Part shown: in pieces, positions 10,631 through 22,813 of the stretch
Layout of the letters: every line of letters begins with the position of its first letter
Position numbering within the stretch: the first letter of the stretch is position 1
Source of the DNA: Podarcis liolepis
Taxonomy: Eukaryota
Assembly: GCA_965112155.1 (NCBI GenBank)
Contig: OZ218101.1
Length of the DNA stretch: 64,000 nt
Reading direction: 5' to 3' (one strand)
Notes under the pieces: model-generated
What the model was told of the DNA's origin: nothing
The model's input: the letters and a program-made list of their open reading frames with translations, nothing else
Databases searched by the model: none
Made by a program: the position numbers and the translations under genes

Positions 10631-12548
10631 ACCTTTCAATCTTGTCGCGTTCTTATAGGACGGAAGTAAACCCCGGTGGCTTTGTCTGGAGAAAGAATAA
10701 AAGGCAGGAGATGAGACAGAAGCCAGTTTTAACATGTCTATTAGGCTGCTTGCTTGCCTAAGGGTTGCCGTGTCAGTTCGAGTGGATGAGGATAAGGCAG
10801 GTTCAGATCCCTGCTTCTACATCAAGCTGATCTAAGATTTCATTTTAACCTCCCCAAACGCTAGTAGTGAAAGTGAGATGTAGTTTGTTGCAGGAAAGCT
10901 AATAATCAAATTGTGTCTCAAGTAAGACTAGTATGTCTTTTACTGAAATCAAGGAATTCCTTATTTTCTAATTTGTTTGTTTCATATTAACCATTGTGAT
11001 ATAGCTGCTTTATAACAATGCAGGAGTCACTCCAAGAAAATGTTTGGACAATAGATTTCCTCCAGGAGCCCAACATTGCCATTCCCGGCTAAAACAAATC
11101 TTCCCAATGTGCGTTGGTTGCCTTCTCCAGAGGCAAGTCTCCTTGCCTAATTCTCACAAAGTGGAGCGTCTCCTTCGTCGCCTAGACGCAGGACGTCTTT
11201 CCCTGAAGGAACAGGCAAGGAAGAATTGCTTCTGAAGAAGGGGGATATAGAACCCAAATGTGTTGGGCTCATTTCAATTCACTGTTTCCTAGTACCTATT
11301 GAAGCCGTAACTCACCCACCCTAGTTAATGTTCAGAATTATCCTCTCTAAATCAATGGAAGCAACCCCAGAATTTCTATGCAGAATTTCTATGCGGTGAG
11401 GGAGGGAAATACAAGACAGTATTGAATGCAGTCTGTGAACACTCCATATATATGGCCAGTTCACTCATTCTACCTGTTGAATTACCATTGTCATAAACAA
11501 TTTAGCTGGTGTTTTATGTGCTTGCTTAAGGTCTTAAAGGTGACTGGGCTGTGGTGGAGATGATACTGCATTGGTTCTTACAAGGTGTAAAGTGTAGCTG
11601 CAACAAACACTTAAAATGCACTGTTTCATTTTAATTTTATTTTGAAATTTAATGCTGATTCTGCCCAAGCCTGGGGTTTTGAACCTTGCTGTTAATTTTA
11701 GCCCCATTCTCCAAACTGGCTTGTGATTGGCAACAGTTGTCCCTTCATGTAGTTTATGTTCTATGGGGCTTGAGGTACCAGATGTAATAGAATTGGGCTT
11801 GTCTAGCAATGGCAGATTTGTCTGGGGGAGGGCCAGAAGCTACACATTTGAATATTAGTACTAGAGATCTCATCTCAAACTTGGGTGGGGGGGGGAGGCC
11901 AGTGTTTGTGCTACCTCTAGCTCTTTAAACAAAGAGAAAAAAATTGTGGGGAGACATAAAGGAGGAGAGGGATTTTTGGTTTCTAAAGAGCTAAAGGAGG
12001 GTCTAGAGGTGGACCAAGAAATTAAATGGAAAAGGACATGGAGAGAACACAAGTCTCTGGAAAACAGGCACTGAAAAAGAAGCATTTGATATGCCTTCGC
12101 ATCTCAAACGTTTTTGAAGACAGGTTTATTTCCATCTCTATGGTGAGCTAATTGTATAATAGACCAAGTAATTATATAATTTATTTCCTATTCCTGTTTT
12201 AAATATCTCAAGGAATTGGGATGCTGCCTTTGGGGAGAGTGCAAAGAGTAAGGCATAAAGGTTATAGCTAATGAGCTATCTGTAATGAAACACTGTTTGT
12301 GTTTGTGTGTGTGTGTGAGGTTACAAGTCTTAAACATGGTTCCCAATGGTGCAAGTAAGCCTGAAAAAGAAATGAGTAGATTTACTGTTATGTTGCCTGA
12401 AGTATACTTTCTTGATAAATCCTTGGCTCTCAAAACAGAGCTTCCCAGGAAAATCCACCATAGGTAACGAGTTGATGAAGACATGTACTATATTGCTTGC
12501 AATACTAAGGCCTCATTCAAACTGTGGCCCTTATCAACCAACCTGGTA

Positions 12549-12790
12549 CAGTGGTACCTCGGGTTAAGTACTTAATTCGTTCCGGAGGTCTGTTCTTAAC
12601 CTGAAACTGTTCTTAACCTGAAGCACCATTTTAGCTAATGGGGCCTCCCGCTGCTGCCGCGCCGCCGGAGCGCTATTTCTGTTCTCATCCTGAAGCAAAG
12701 TTCTAAATCTGAAGCACTATTTCTGGGTTAGCGGAGTCTGTAACCTGAAGCGTATGTAACCTGAAGCGTATGTAACCCGAGGTACCACTG
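12549..12790 (+). mobile_element. Tc1/mariner (Tigger/pogo-like) MITE, copy 1
   Basis: Perfect TIR CAGTGGTACCTCGGGTTA, TA on both sides, internal TAACCTGAAG subrepeats. Confidence 0.9.
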
Positions 12791-12804
12791 TATAGGGCCA
12801 TAAT

Positions 12805-13058
12805 GGGACGCGGGTGGCACTGTGGTCTAAACCACTGAGCCTAGGGCTTGCCGATCGGAAGGTTGGTGGTTCGAATCCCCACGACGGGATGAGCTCCCAT
12901 TGCTCGGTCCCAGCTCCTGCCAACCTAGCAGTTCGAAAGCACGTCAAAGTGCAAGTAGATAAATAGGTACCACTCCAGTGGGAAGGTAAATGGCATTTCC
13001 GTGCTCTGCTCTGGTTTTGCCAGAAGCGGCTTAGTCATGCAGGCCACATTACCTGGAA
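12805..13058 (+). mobile_element. Sauria SINE, 3'-truncated
   Basis: GGGACGCGGGTGGC tRNA-like head with B box GGTTCGAATCC. Body matches the other copies; the (ACCTTT)n tail is absent. Confidence 0.9.
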
Positions 13059-13075
13059 ATTATACTGCTTGAATG

Positions 13076-13440
13076 CAGGGCTGGCCCAAGACATGTTGGC
13101 ACCTAAGGCAAACCACAAAATGGTACCCTTCTAGGGAAGAAAGGGTGAGTGAAGATCTATATCAGCAACAAGGGGGGAGGGCCATAAAGACTTACCGTAC
13201 ATCAGGAACAAGTATGGAAGGAGACCAGCAGTTTCTCCTATTTGCCAAGTGGCCACTGTAGAGGCGGCATGGGGAGGGGGAGGCAGCAGATCTGACCTCT
13301 AAGGAGCGCTACACAGCTATTGCTGCTACTTCACTAGCAGCAGTGGGTGATGCATTATTTGGAGGCCCAATTTGCTGCCCTTGTGGATCCTGAGGCCTGA
13401 GGTGGTCACCTAAACTTGCCTCATGGATGAGCTGGCCCTG
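13076..13440. mobile_element. Non-autonomous hAT-type element
   Basis: Termini CAGGGCTGGC / GCTGGCCCTG. 8-bp TSD cttgaatg / cttcaatg. Confidence 0.75.
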
Positions 13441-14659
13441 CTTCAATGTCAGATACTTTAGATTGTGGTCCTGTAAACACTTACTTGGGGATAAGTCCTA
13501 CTGAATGAAATGGGCTTACTTCTGAGTAGACATTCATAGGATTTCACTGTTAGTGGATGGCCTAAAGTAAACTACCCTAAGAAAGATATATCGACATTGA
13601 ATTACCCACAGGCTCGGCTTTCTCCTTTCCAAACTATGTTCTTTACATGGCTCTTCTGTGACCTATTGCATCACCTTCCAAATCCTTTTTGCTTTAAGCT
13701 TCTTTATAACACTACTTCTGATCTCCATTTACTCTTGATATTGTTCTCTGCACTCTCTTGACAATTCCTGGGTCTTTGTCTGCTTTCTTTGTAGCTGTCA
13801 TAGTTATCTCTCATATGTTTGTGATAGGGGAATTTTTTACTATTACAGGTTATAAGACAAGGATGTTTGCTGTCACCCCACTTATTTACACACTGCATAG
13901 AGCCTTTGGTGATTTCAAATGGAAGTAATCCAAAAATCAAGGGCATTTCTGCAGGAGATGAATAATTAAAAAAATGCTGTATCCCAATAATCTTTTAGAT
14001 ATTGGCATTTAACTAAATATAGTACGATCTCAGTGTATGAAAAACAAGGGATGGGGAAGCAGATTTGTTTGGAATGTAACATATTTGGGTGAAGAAGGGA
14101 ATCATTAAATATTCATGAATCTTTTATGAAACTTGTTCAATAATCATCTCTCAGTTGTCACTGGAGCCCTAATAGCGATGGTGGTTTTTTGGGGTGGGTG
14201 GGGGAGAAGGCAGCTACTGTACATAAAGGCACATTCCCAGCCACATCAAGACGGGGGGGGGGGGGCGGGGGACGGACATGTTTGTCTGAACTTGTGTAAG
14301 GATGCCACCATTTGCATCACACCAGTTAAATGTGCATATAAGTTGCAATGACATATGTACGGCCATCCTATGTATTTGTGAACTGTGATGCAAACTTGTG
14401 CATGATTACTCAGACATACACCCTGTTGTATGTACATAGGACTCACTGATTATGCGCATACATTTATAGGTGTCTGTCACATTGCCCACTTACAGTGGTG
14501 ACCATGGGCATACTATCCTCTTGAGACATGCAGGTGCAAAGCAGCTATGCAAGGCTCTTACCATGTGGAAAAACCTGTCTGCTCTATTAAAAAGTAAAAA
14601 CTGAAGCCTAATTCGATAACAGTAGAATTAGAATCACTTAATCCCCCCCTGCTCTACAT

Positions 14660-14795
14660 CAGGCTTCCTCAACCTCGGCCCTCCAGATGTTTTTGGCCTA
14701 CAACTCCCATGATCCCTAGCTAGCAGGACCAGTGGTCAGGGATGATGGGAATTGTAGTCCCAAAACATCTGGAGGGTTGAGGTTGAGGAAGCCTG
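14660..14795. mobile_element. Palindromic hAT-type MITE (136 bp)
   Basis: TIR CAGGCTTCCTCAACCTC, near-palindromic arms, perfect 8-bp TSD CTCTACAT (14652-14659 / 14796-14803). Decayed relatives at about 20660-20765, 30670-31060, 44485-44610, 46665-46830 and 48380-48465. Confidence 0.88.
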
Positions 14796-17424
14796 CTCTA
14801 CATAATTGTTGCAATACAAATCTCTGCTTGCAATCCAACAACTACCAAAGAAGATGGGAAAGTGATCTGAAATGATGTGATAATGTAAAGCTGTCTTGGT
14901 TGTGTATGATTTCCTGCAAGAAAAGAAGCGTCTTGTTTAAAATTCCATTTTATTTTAAATACATTGTGTTTATCATTTCTAAGCCACTTCTTAAAAGTTG
15001 CCGAGTTATAATGCCTCAATACATTTGGGAAAAGAACATGCATGAAGATTTTTGAACAAAGGCTAGTGAATAGTGGACTGTCATCTCCAAATATTACTAC
15101 TTCATACTATTCTGTCCAGTTATTATGGCTAGTGTGTCTTAATATTTTTAAGCATTAAACATTTAAAAGAAATAAAATATTTTCAGTAAGCTTGGGTTCT
15201 AAAATCTCTCAAACCGTTCAGCTATTATGATTCTTGAAGCTTTGCTTTTCATGATATTACTGATGCCAACATCTTTGTTTGGGATGAACCAAAACTACTC
15301 TGTGTTTGAATTTGTCAACCCATTTCCCAAAATACCTCTTCAGTTTTGACACCCCTAATGGAATTTTGTCCATTAAATTTTTGAATTGTGTACCCAGACT
15401 TCCCACATCATCAGATGACTTTCTGTTTTAGGTGAAGTCCCTTTACTGTGTGAAAGTTGACTATATTGATGAGTGTGATTTTATTCAATATAAGTTCCCT
15501 ATATATACAGATTTTCATATGATTATGGAAACATCTGAAATTTCAGCACATCCCTAATTTTTATTCATGTTTAGGGAGGCCCTCATTTTCAGTACTGTGT
15601 GCTAATAACACTGTATTGTTTAATGCTGTTTCACTTCTTCCCTACTTGCATCTGTGTGCTGCCCTTGCCCAAACTCTTCATAGTTTAATTCCATATAATA
15701 TCTCTGACCCTTTTATCCACCTACTCTTTGGCTGATTCATATAGGTCCTCTTGCCTTTCTTATGTTCTCCTCACTCTTCCCCCCTCCATGTCTTCTGTAC
15801 CTTTATGATGAGACATTCCCACCCAAACATCTAAAACCCTTCATTTGTTTTCACATTGCCTTTTCAGCTTCTGATTTTATCCCCAGCAGTTCCATCAAGA
15901 CAGTTGCTCAACTGGGAGTCACGAGTTTTGCCATCATCATGATTACTGAGGAGGTTGGCTCATTTAATGCTAAATTTCAAATGGTCTTTCCTGTCATATA
16001 TGCCAACCAGAATGGGGCGAACAATTCAGAACAAATAATTTATTTGTCAAATGTATTCACTTCCGTTACTCATGGGACATCTATGAGCAAAACAGTGTTT
16101 TCTCTCAAATATTTACTGCTTCTAATTTCTTGTATTCCTCAGTTACTTTTCCCATCTCCCTAATATATTTAAGGCTTATGGTTTGTTTGAATAGGCACCT
16201 CTGGAAAGTCTGAAGTTCTTCCTCTAGGACTCAGGCAGGATAGATGTTGAAACTGAATGTCCTTGCACAAAGGTGCTCAGTTGCAAAGCTTCCTGAGTTT
16301 TTCCTAATGATCTTTTATACATGTAAACTGCTTAGAAGCCACCTTGGCAATTAAGCAGCCTCTAACCCTGTCTCTCAAATAAATATGAGAGCAGATCACT
16401 TTCATGCACTCTAACATGAGTTTGGAAAGGGCTGTATGGTCAGCTGTTAATTATTTAGGTAAGGCTCATCACCAGAGGTGGCTATGAATGATTGTGCATG
16501 AGATATTTCCACTCAGACAAACGACTGTGAATGAGATCCAAGTTGTTCCTCCTGGCATCATTGTATCATGGCTCTCTATTTTATTCTCCTTACAATGTCC
16601 ATGAGACAGTGGCAGCTTGTGTACCCAACTACCAAGTGTAGCTAAGCAGCGGTAGTAAAATCTGGGAGAGAGGAGAGGTTAGGAACACGGCACAGCTAGG
16701 AATAATGCCTGTGTATCACACTTGAAGACAATATAGCAGCCTAAAAGCCTTGTCAGATGTGTGCCTGAAAAAAATTCCCTGCTATGCACAGTTTTCAACA
16801 ATTCACTGCTATGGGCAGTATTCAACAAAATAACTTCTGCTTGCAAAACATGACTTTCACCCTTTCCCCTCACACCCTCCCAAATCTACTCCAGGGGATG
16901 GGGAGACCCCTGAAACACATTTAGGGGGCACACAAGGGGATGAGAGAAGGAAAGTGTTCCATAGAGTATGGAGAAATCCTTGTGCTGATGGAATGTTTAC
17001 CTTAGCTCTACGTTGGATTTCACCCTAAGTTTATTTGAGGAAAAGCAGCAAGATTGAGCTTAGCTTCACACATTGCAGAGAGTGTAGCCACATTGCATAT
17101 GTTTAAATAGATGTTTGTAAATCTGAATGTTTATGCTTAGCATATGCAATATGGATATACCCTACAAAGTAACAGCTGATAATGACTTTAAGATATCTGC
17201 TGGAAAGCTGTAGTTCCATAATTAAGAAGAGTAGTTCCATTGTCTTGCACTGAAAATACTAGTTCTATTTCAGAGTTCTTGGAGTATAGCTTTGGAGAAT
17301 AAACTGAAGGCAATTTCAGATAGGACAGCTGTTAATGGCTGAGAGACCTTGCTCCCTGGAAAGTGGAGTCCCCCAAGAATTGGTACTGTGACCAGTGATT
17401 TTAAAGTTGTTTATAAATGAGTAG

Positions 17425-18775
17425 AGTTAGGAATGAGCAGTGAGGTGGCCAAATTTCTTGAGAAGACCAAATTGTTCATGGTGGTTAAAACAAAAAGGGA
17501 TTGTGCTGCGTTCCAAAAGGATCTCTGAAAAAATGGACAATAGACTAACAAATGTAATTCAATGTAAGCAAGGGTAAAGTGAGGTACCATTGGGGCAAAA
17601 AAATTCCTAATTTCACGTATATGTTAATGCAGTCTGAACTAGTGGTGACTGACCATGAATGAGACCTTGGGGTATAGTGGAGAGCTTGATGGCAATGTCA
17701 ACACAGGGTGTGTTAGTTGTGCAAAAGGTGAATTCCATGTTAGGAATAATTTGGAAAGGGAATGAAAACTAAACTTCCAATATCATTATGCTGTTGTATA
17801 CATCCATAGGGATGCGGGTGGCGCTGTGGGTTAAACCACAGAGTCGAGGACTTGCCGATCAGAAGGTCGGCGGTTTGAATCCCTGCGATGGGGTGAGCTC
17901 CCGTTGCTTGGTCCCTGCTCCTGCCAACCTAGCAGTTCGAAAGCACGTCAAAAGTGCAAGTAGATAAATAGGTACTGCTCCGGTGGGAAGGTAAATGGCG
18001 TTTCTGTGCGCTGCTCTGGTTCGCCAGAAGCAGCTTAGTCATGCTGGCCACATTACCTGGAAGCTGTACATCGGCTCCCTCGGCCAATAAAGCAAGATGA
18101 GCGCCAAAACTCCAGAGTCAGCCACGACTGGACCTAATGGTCAGGGGACCCTTTACTTTTACCTTTATACATCTCTAGTGAGACCAAATACAGAATACAG
18201 AGAACAGTTCTGGTCACTTCTCTTCAAAAATGGATATTATAGATCTGGAAACAGTTCAAAAGAGGACAAGCAAAATGAGCAAGAAATTGGAGCAACTCCC
18301 GTATGAGGAAATTTGGCAACATATGGGCCTTTTTAGTCTTGGGAAAAGTAAGGGCTGGGGACATGCTAGAAGTGTATAGAATTATGCATGGTGTGGAGAA
18401 AGTAGATAGAAAGTTTTTCTCCCTTTCTCATAGTAATAGAACATGTGGACATCCAAAGAAGCTGAATGTTAGAAGGTTCAGGACAACGATAAAAAGTACT
18501 TCACAAGGTGCATAGTTAAGCTATGGAATTCTCTCCCACAAGATGCAGTGATGGCCACCAATATGGATGGCTTAAAAAGAGAATTAGAGAAATTCATGGA
18601 GGGTAATACTATCAGTAGCCGCCAGCCATGATGGCCGTGTTCTAGCGCCACTCTTGGAAGCAGTATACTTCACCAGATGTGGGGAATCACAAATGGAAAG
18701 GGTGATGTTGCATTCAGGTCTTGCTTACAAACTTCCCATAGGCACCTGGTTGGCTAGTATGATAACATGGTGCTG
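17425..18775 (+). mobile_element. CR1 LINE 3' fragment (decayed RT C-terminus and 3'UTR), interrupted by a SINE
   Basis: Remnants of SSEVAKF(ADD)TKL, ERDLGV, LVRP..EY..QFWS, GDMLEVYRIMHG and KLWNSLP, with many stops and frameshifts. Confidence 0.85.
17809..18165 (+). mobile_element. Sauria SINE, full length, nested in CR1
   Basis: Head to ACCTTT-type tail. Degenerate TSD tatacatccata / tatacatctcta. Confidence 0.92.
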
Positions 18776-19359
18776 ATGTTGCAGCTACCCCAATCTCTGA
18801 GCAATGCAAAATTCTGTGGGAATGTTAAGGTAGGAGAGGATTGATTGTTTTGATATCCCTCCTCACTCACACTAGTGAGTAAGCAGAGCACATTCCCTTT
18901 GCAACTTATTGGAAACAAGTTGACGATTTGTTAGTATCCTTTAATTAAGCAATCCAGTCTGGCTTGTCCAGTCTGGATTGTTTCTGGTAAGTTTCCTCTT
19001 TATTTTCCTCTTAAAATAATAATAACGCAACACAATAAGAATAACGTTTTACTCACATAAGCTCCATCCTATGTGAAGGGTGAGCTGTGCACTGGCTAAG
19101 AGCCAGTGGAGCAAGAGTCCAAGAGTAAGAGTCCAAGAGAGAGATGTTTGTTTGGCCAGCCCTTTAATCTGGTCAGCTAGAGTCATGCCCATCTACCTGG
19201 TCACACACAGAGGGAAGAGGCTCCAGAGCAGGTATGAAAGGAAGTCCTCCCTGTCTGGAGCCACATTCCCCTGTGTATCCATTCTAGGCAACAGGAAAAT
19301 GTTGTACTTGACTGCTCTAGTAATAATACACCCCACAGTTTCCAGGAGTTCCGGGTTCT

Positions 19360-19510
19360 TAACCAGGCCTTCTCAGTAGTGGTGCCCTCCCTGTGGAATG
19401 CCCCCCTTCAGATGTCAAGGAGATAAAGAATTACACAACTGAAAAGCAGCCCTGTAATGTGAGGTTTTTAATGCTTGATGTTTTTAGATATGCTGTAAGC
19501 AGCCCTCTAG
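19360..19510 (+). mobile_element. L2-type LINE 3' fragment
   Basis: Resembles the AFSVV.PSLWNA.PSDVKEI motif at the end of L2 ORF2. Confidence 0.55.
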
Positions 19511-19597
19511 ACTCTGGATTTTGTCCTTCTAACTGTCTAATAGCTGAAGGAAGGGCTCCACACATTTGCCCTCTGGCACAGAGCCACTTCCTTTGTT

Positions 19598-19770
19598 CCC
19601 TTTGTTGTTGGCATCCATCTGTCTCGGGAGACAATGGAAGAATGCACCTTTGGTGGGACAGGTAAAGTTGGAGAGTTACAGCGCCTGCTGATACGGGAGA
19701 GACATGCTTTATTGCAGGTGGGGAAGATGAAGGCGTCTGGTTGTGTTGATACATGTGTGTCATGGTGTTT
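19598..19770 (-). mobile_element. RTE-clade LINE 3' end
   Basis: Reverse complement ends ...CCATTGTCTCCCGAGACAGATGGATGCCAACAAC and is homologous to 30775-31021. Confidence 0.6.
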
Positions 19771-20128
19771 CTTCTCTGTGTGCTCCTCCCAGTGGTCATT
19801 CCTCCTCTGGTCAGCTGCCTGCCTGCCTCCAGGCAGTCTCTTCCCTTAACAACCCATCTTTAGTGGGTCATTACCAGGCTGGCTTGGCTATTTCAACAAT
19901 TGAATCTGTGCTGGATCCAGGAATTAGAAGAGGGGCTCAGGCATATAGCCTACCCTTGCCTCCCAGCTCTTAACACTGAGCTAGATGGAATATTGGTATA
20001 TCTACTAGCAGGGTTTTCTTTCTGTTGCTTTTTGCTGTTGGCAAAAGACCCTCCCCACCCCTTTTTCAGATACATATTTTTGAAACTGACGATAGCACTG
20101 ACTGCACAATTCTGTCTCATAGAAGATA

Positions 20129-20354
20129 CAGTGGTACCTCAGGTTACATACGCTTCAGGTTACAGACTCTGCTAACCCAGAAATAGTGCTTCAGGTTAAG
20201 AACTTTGCTTCAGGATGAGAACAGAAACCGTGCTCCGGCGGTGCGGCAGCAGCAGAAGGCCCCATTAGCTAAAGTGGTGCTTCAGGTTAAGAACAGTTTC
20301 AGGTTAAGAACGGACCTCCGGAACGAGTTAAGTACTTAACCTGAGGTACCACTG
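20129..20354 (-). mobile_element. Tc1/mariner MITE, copy 2
   Basis: TIR CAGTGGTACCTCAGGTTA, TA TSD, inverted relative to copy 1. Confidence 0.9.
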
Positions 20355-22564
20355 TACAGACAACAAACTTGATCCATGGTAGGTTGTTTTTTTATTTTTT
20401 TAAAAAAGGTAATAGGGCCAAAAATCCTGAAATACAAACACACATTAAAAATAGTGCATAGCTGAGACCCTTACTTGTCTCTGTGTTTGGCTTTTTTGGG
20501 GTTCTAGGCTCTTTTGTAGGACTGAGCCTACATTTCTGTTAGATTGACTAGGTTATCTAAGGGAGTTGCTTTATAAACTTTTTGAAAAGTGTTCAACCTT
20601 TAGCTAGCTGGTGCATTCCAACAGGCTATAACACAATGTATAACAGCTTTTTCATTAACGAGCCTTCCAGGTGTTTTAGATTTCAACTCTCATCAGGCAA
20701 GCTGGGCTGTCTGGGCTGATGGGAGTTCAAGATATCTAGAAGGCACCGGTTTGGGGGAAGGCTCATGTGTAATCTGTGCTCTCTTCAGCTACAGAGGAGG
20801 CATATAAAGGTAAATAAAATAATCTCAATGATTAATTCTTTCTAGTGCAGTTAGTGGCATGTACTGGAAAAATAATTTACTTGACTACATAAAACTTAGG
20901 CTATGATCCTAAAATACTTTGAAGGAATTAATTTCCATTGAAATAATTGGGACTTGCATTTAAGTAAATGAATGAGGATTTGAGCTCATTTGGGTCTACT
21001 AACAACCACTGAGTTCAATGGGGCTTATTCCCATTTAAGCTTGACTGGCTCATTTGAAATATTGTGGTGCTCATAATCCTATCTATGGGATTTTGTTGTG
21101 TTTGAGGATTAATAGGATAATAATTTGCATGTTGTGTTACATTTTTTTTTTAAAAAAGCTCTCCTCATCTTGAAATGTGTGGTAGGTTTCATACCTTCAA
21201 GGGAAGAAAATGATTGTGTCACACATATAGCAAAATGGGCTTTGATAAAGCCAAATGTTTCCTTGTAATCAAGCAAATAGGCAAAATGGTTGTTGTTCTC
21301 CATATAATTTGAAGTAGGTTTTTTGATCTAGAGTACAGTATGTGAAAGGGAATATCCCTGCAGTGTGAAAAATTATTTACTTCTTTTCTGCAGGAATATA
21401 GAAAAACAGTGGGAAGGGAATGGGGGAACTGAAGTCAAATGAATGCATTTCCTTCAGTGTGAGTGCTCCAGGTTTTTATTTTTTATTTTGCAAAGGAGAG
21501 GGCTGTGTACAAAGAGAAACCCACCCTAAAGCGAAAGTTGGAGCCTGCATATTGAATTGAGCCCTTGTATTGCTTTTGTGCTGTGTAGTAAAAGTCTCTG
21601 ATTCATGAGTACATAATTGCAGCTTGGAATTAAGGGTATGGAGTGTAGCTGTTTCATTTCAGACCAGCCGAAACTCTGTCCCAGTGTAAATAGGCCTGAG
21701 CTTTTAAAGAAAAGTGAACTGAACAGGGTCAGATTGATATACAAAACTGAACACAAAACAAATGCCAGCACCTAGCAGGCTTACTGCTAAGTTGGAAAAC
21801 TCTGCACAATATGACACAAAGGTGTTATATGCATGGACACATGAACATTAGAAATTGTGTCTGCCAGTTCCTCCCTCCACAGTTTGTGTCTATAACTAGA
21901 GGCAACTTCTAAATGCCTTGTCCTCCACACAAGCTTTCTTTGGATTTTATTGACAAGACTGAGAAGATCTTATAGAAATCAAAACATTATTTGATGACAG
22001 TTAAATTTAACATTTATCAGGATTTTGAAGCTATATTTCTGCCACAGAACCAGGAACCTAAGTATAGATATGTTGCTGTTTATTGGATCTGACTGCCCTC
22101 TGCTTGGCCACCATTGCTGTTTTTACATTAGCACCACAGGCAGCCATTAGGTTGGGTGTAGGATTGCAGCCACATTTATTTATTTTGTGCAAATAAACTA
22201 CAAGAAATCCATATATAAATGAAATTTCAGAATAGTACCCAAACATATTTAACATCCTAATTCATGCCATGGAAAAGCTCCTATATTAGTTCAATTTCAG
22301 ACTGTATCTAGTCATCATATGTTCAATTACATAGTATTTTATAGTGATTTCCTTTTATATTTATAGAAAGAGAGAAAGCTTTCTCTGATACAGATCCCCT
22401 CCCCCTCATTCCAGGTCAGATACAGATAAACGATCTCATCTGACCTTAAATATATTACCTTCACTTGCTTTTTGAGAAAAAGGAGGTTATATATTTGAGA
22501 CAATAAGCCCTTTAATTTGCCTCTATTGAAAACCAGAATTGGGAAAGAGGACAGCTATAATTGG

Positions 22565-22813
22565 AGAAGAAGAAGAGGAGTTTGGATTTGATATCCCGCT
22601 TTATCATTACCCGAAGGAGTCTCAAAGCGGCTAACATTCTCCTTTCCCTTCCTCCCCCACAACAAACACTCTGTGAGGTGAGTAGGGCTGAGACTTCAGA
22701 GAAGTGTGACTAGCCCAAGGTCATCCAGCAGCTGCATGTGGAGGAGCGGAGACGCGAACCCGGTTCCCCAGATTACGAGACTACTACTCTTAACCACTAC
22801 ACCACACTGGCTC
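22565..22813 (-). mobile_element. tRNA-derived SINE (Squam3-like)
   Basis: Reverse complement starts GAGCCAGTGTGGTGTAGTGGTTAAGAG (A box), has a B-box-like GGTTCGCGTCTC and a (CTT)n tail. Near-identical to 26017-26274. Confidence 0.85.

Larger units (their letters stand above)
5600..10700. promoter_or_regulatory. Upstream CpG-rich patches extending the ARX CpG domain
   Basis: CpG-dense blocks at about 5700-5850, 6080-6400, 7000-7480, 8030-8240, 8540-8900 and 10050-10680. CpG frequency falls sharply after about 10.7-11.2 kb. Confidence 0.7.

Noticed and set aside
18777-19340. Possible solo LTR (TG...CA block interrupting the CR1 tail)
   Set aside because: No matching TSD or primer-binding/polypurine signal could be identified. 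Probably a repeat, but not classifiable by eye.
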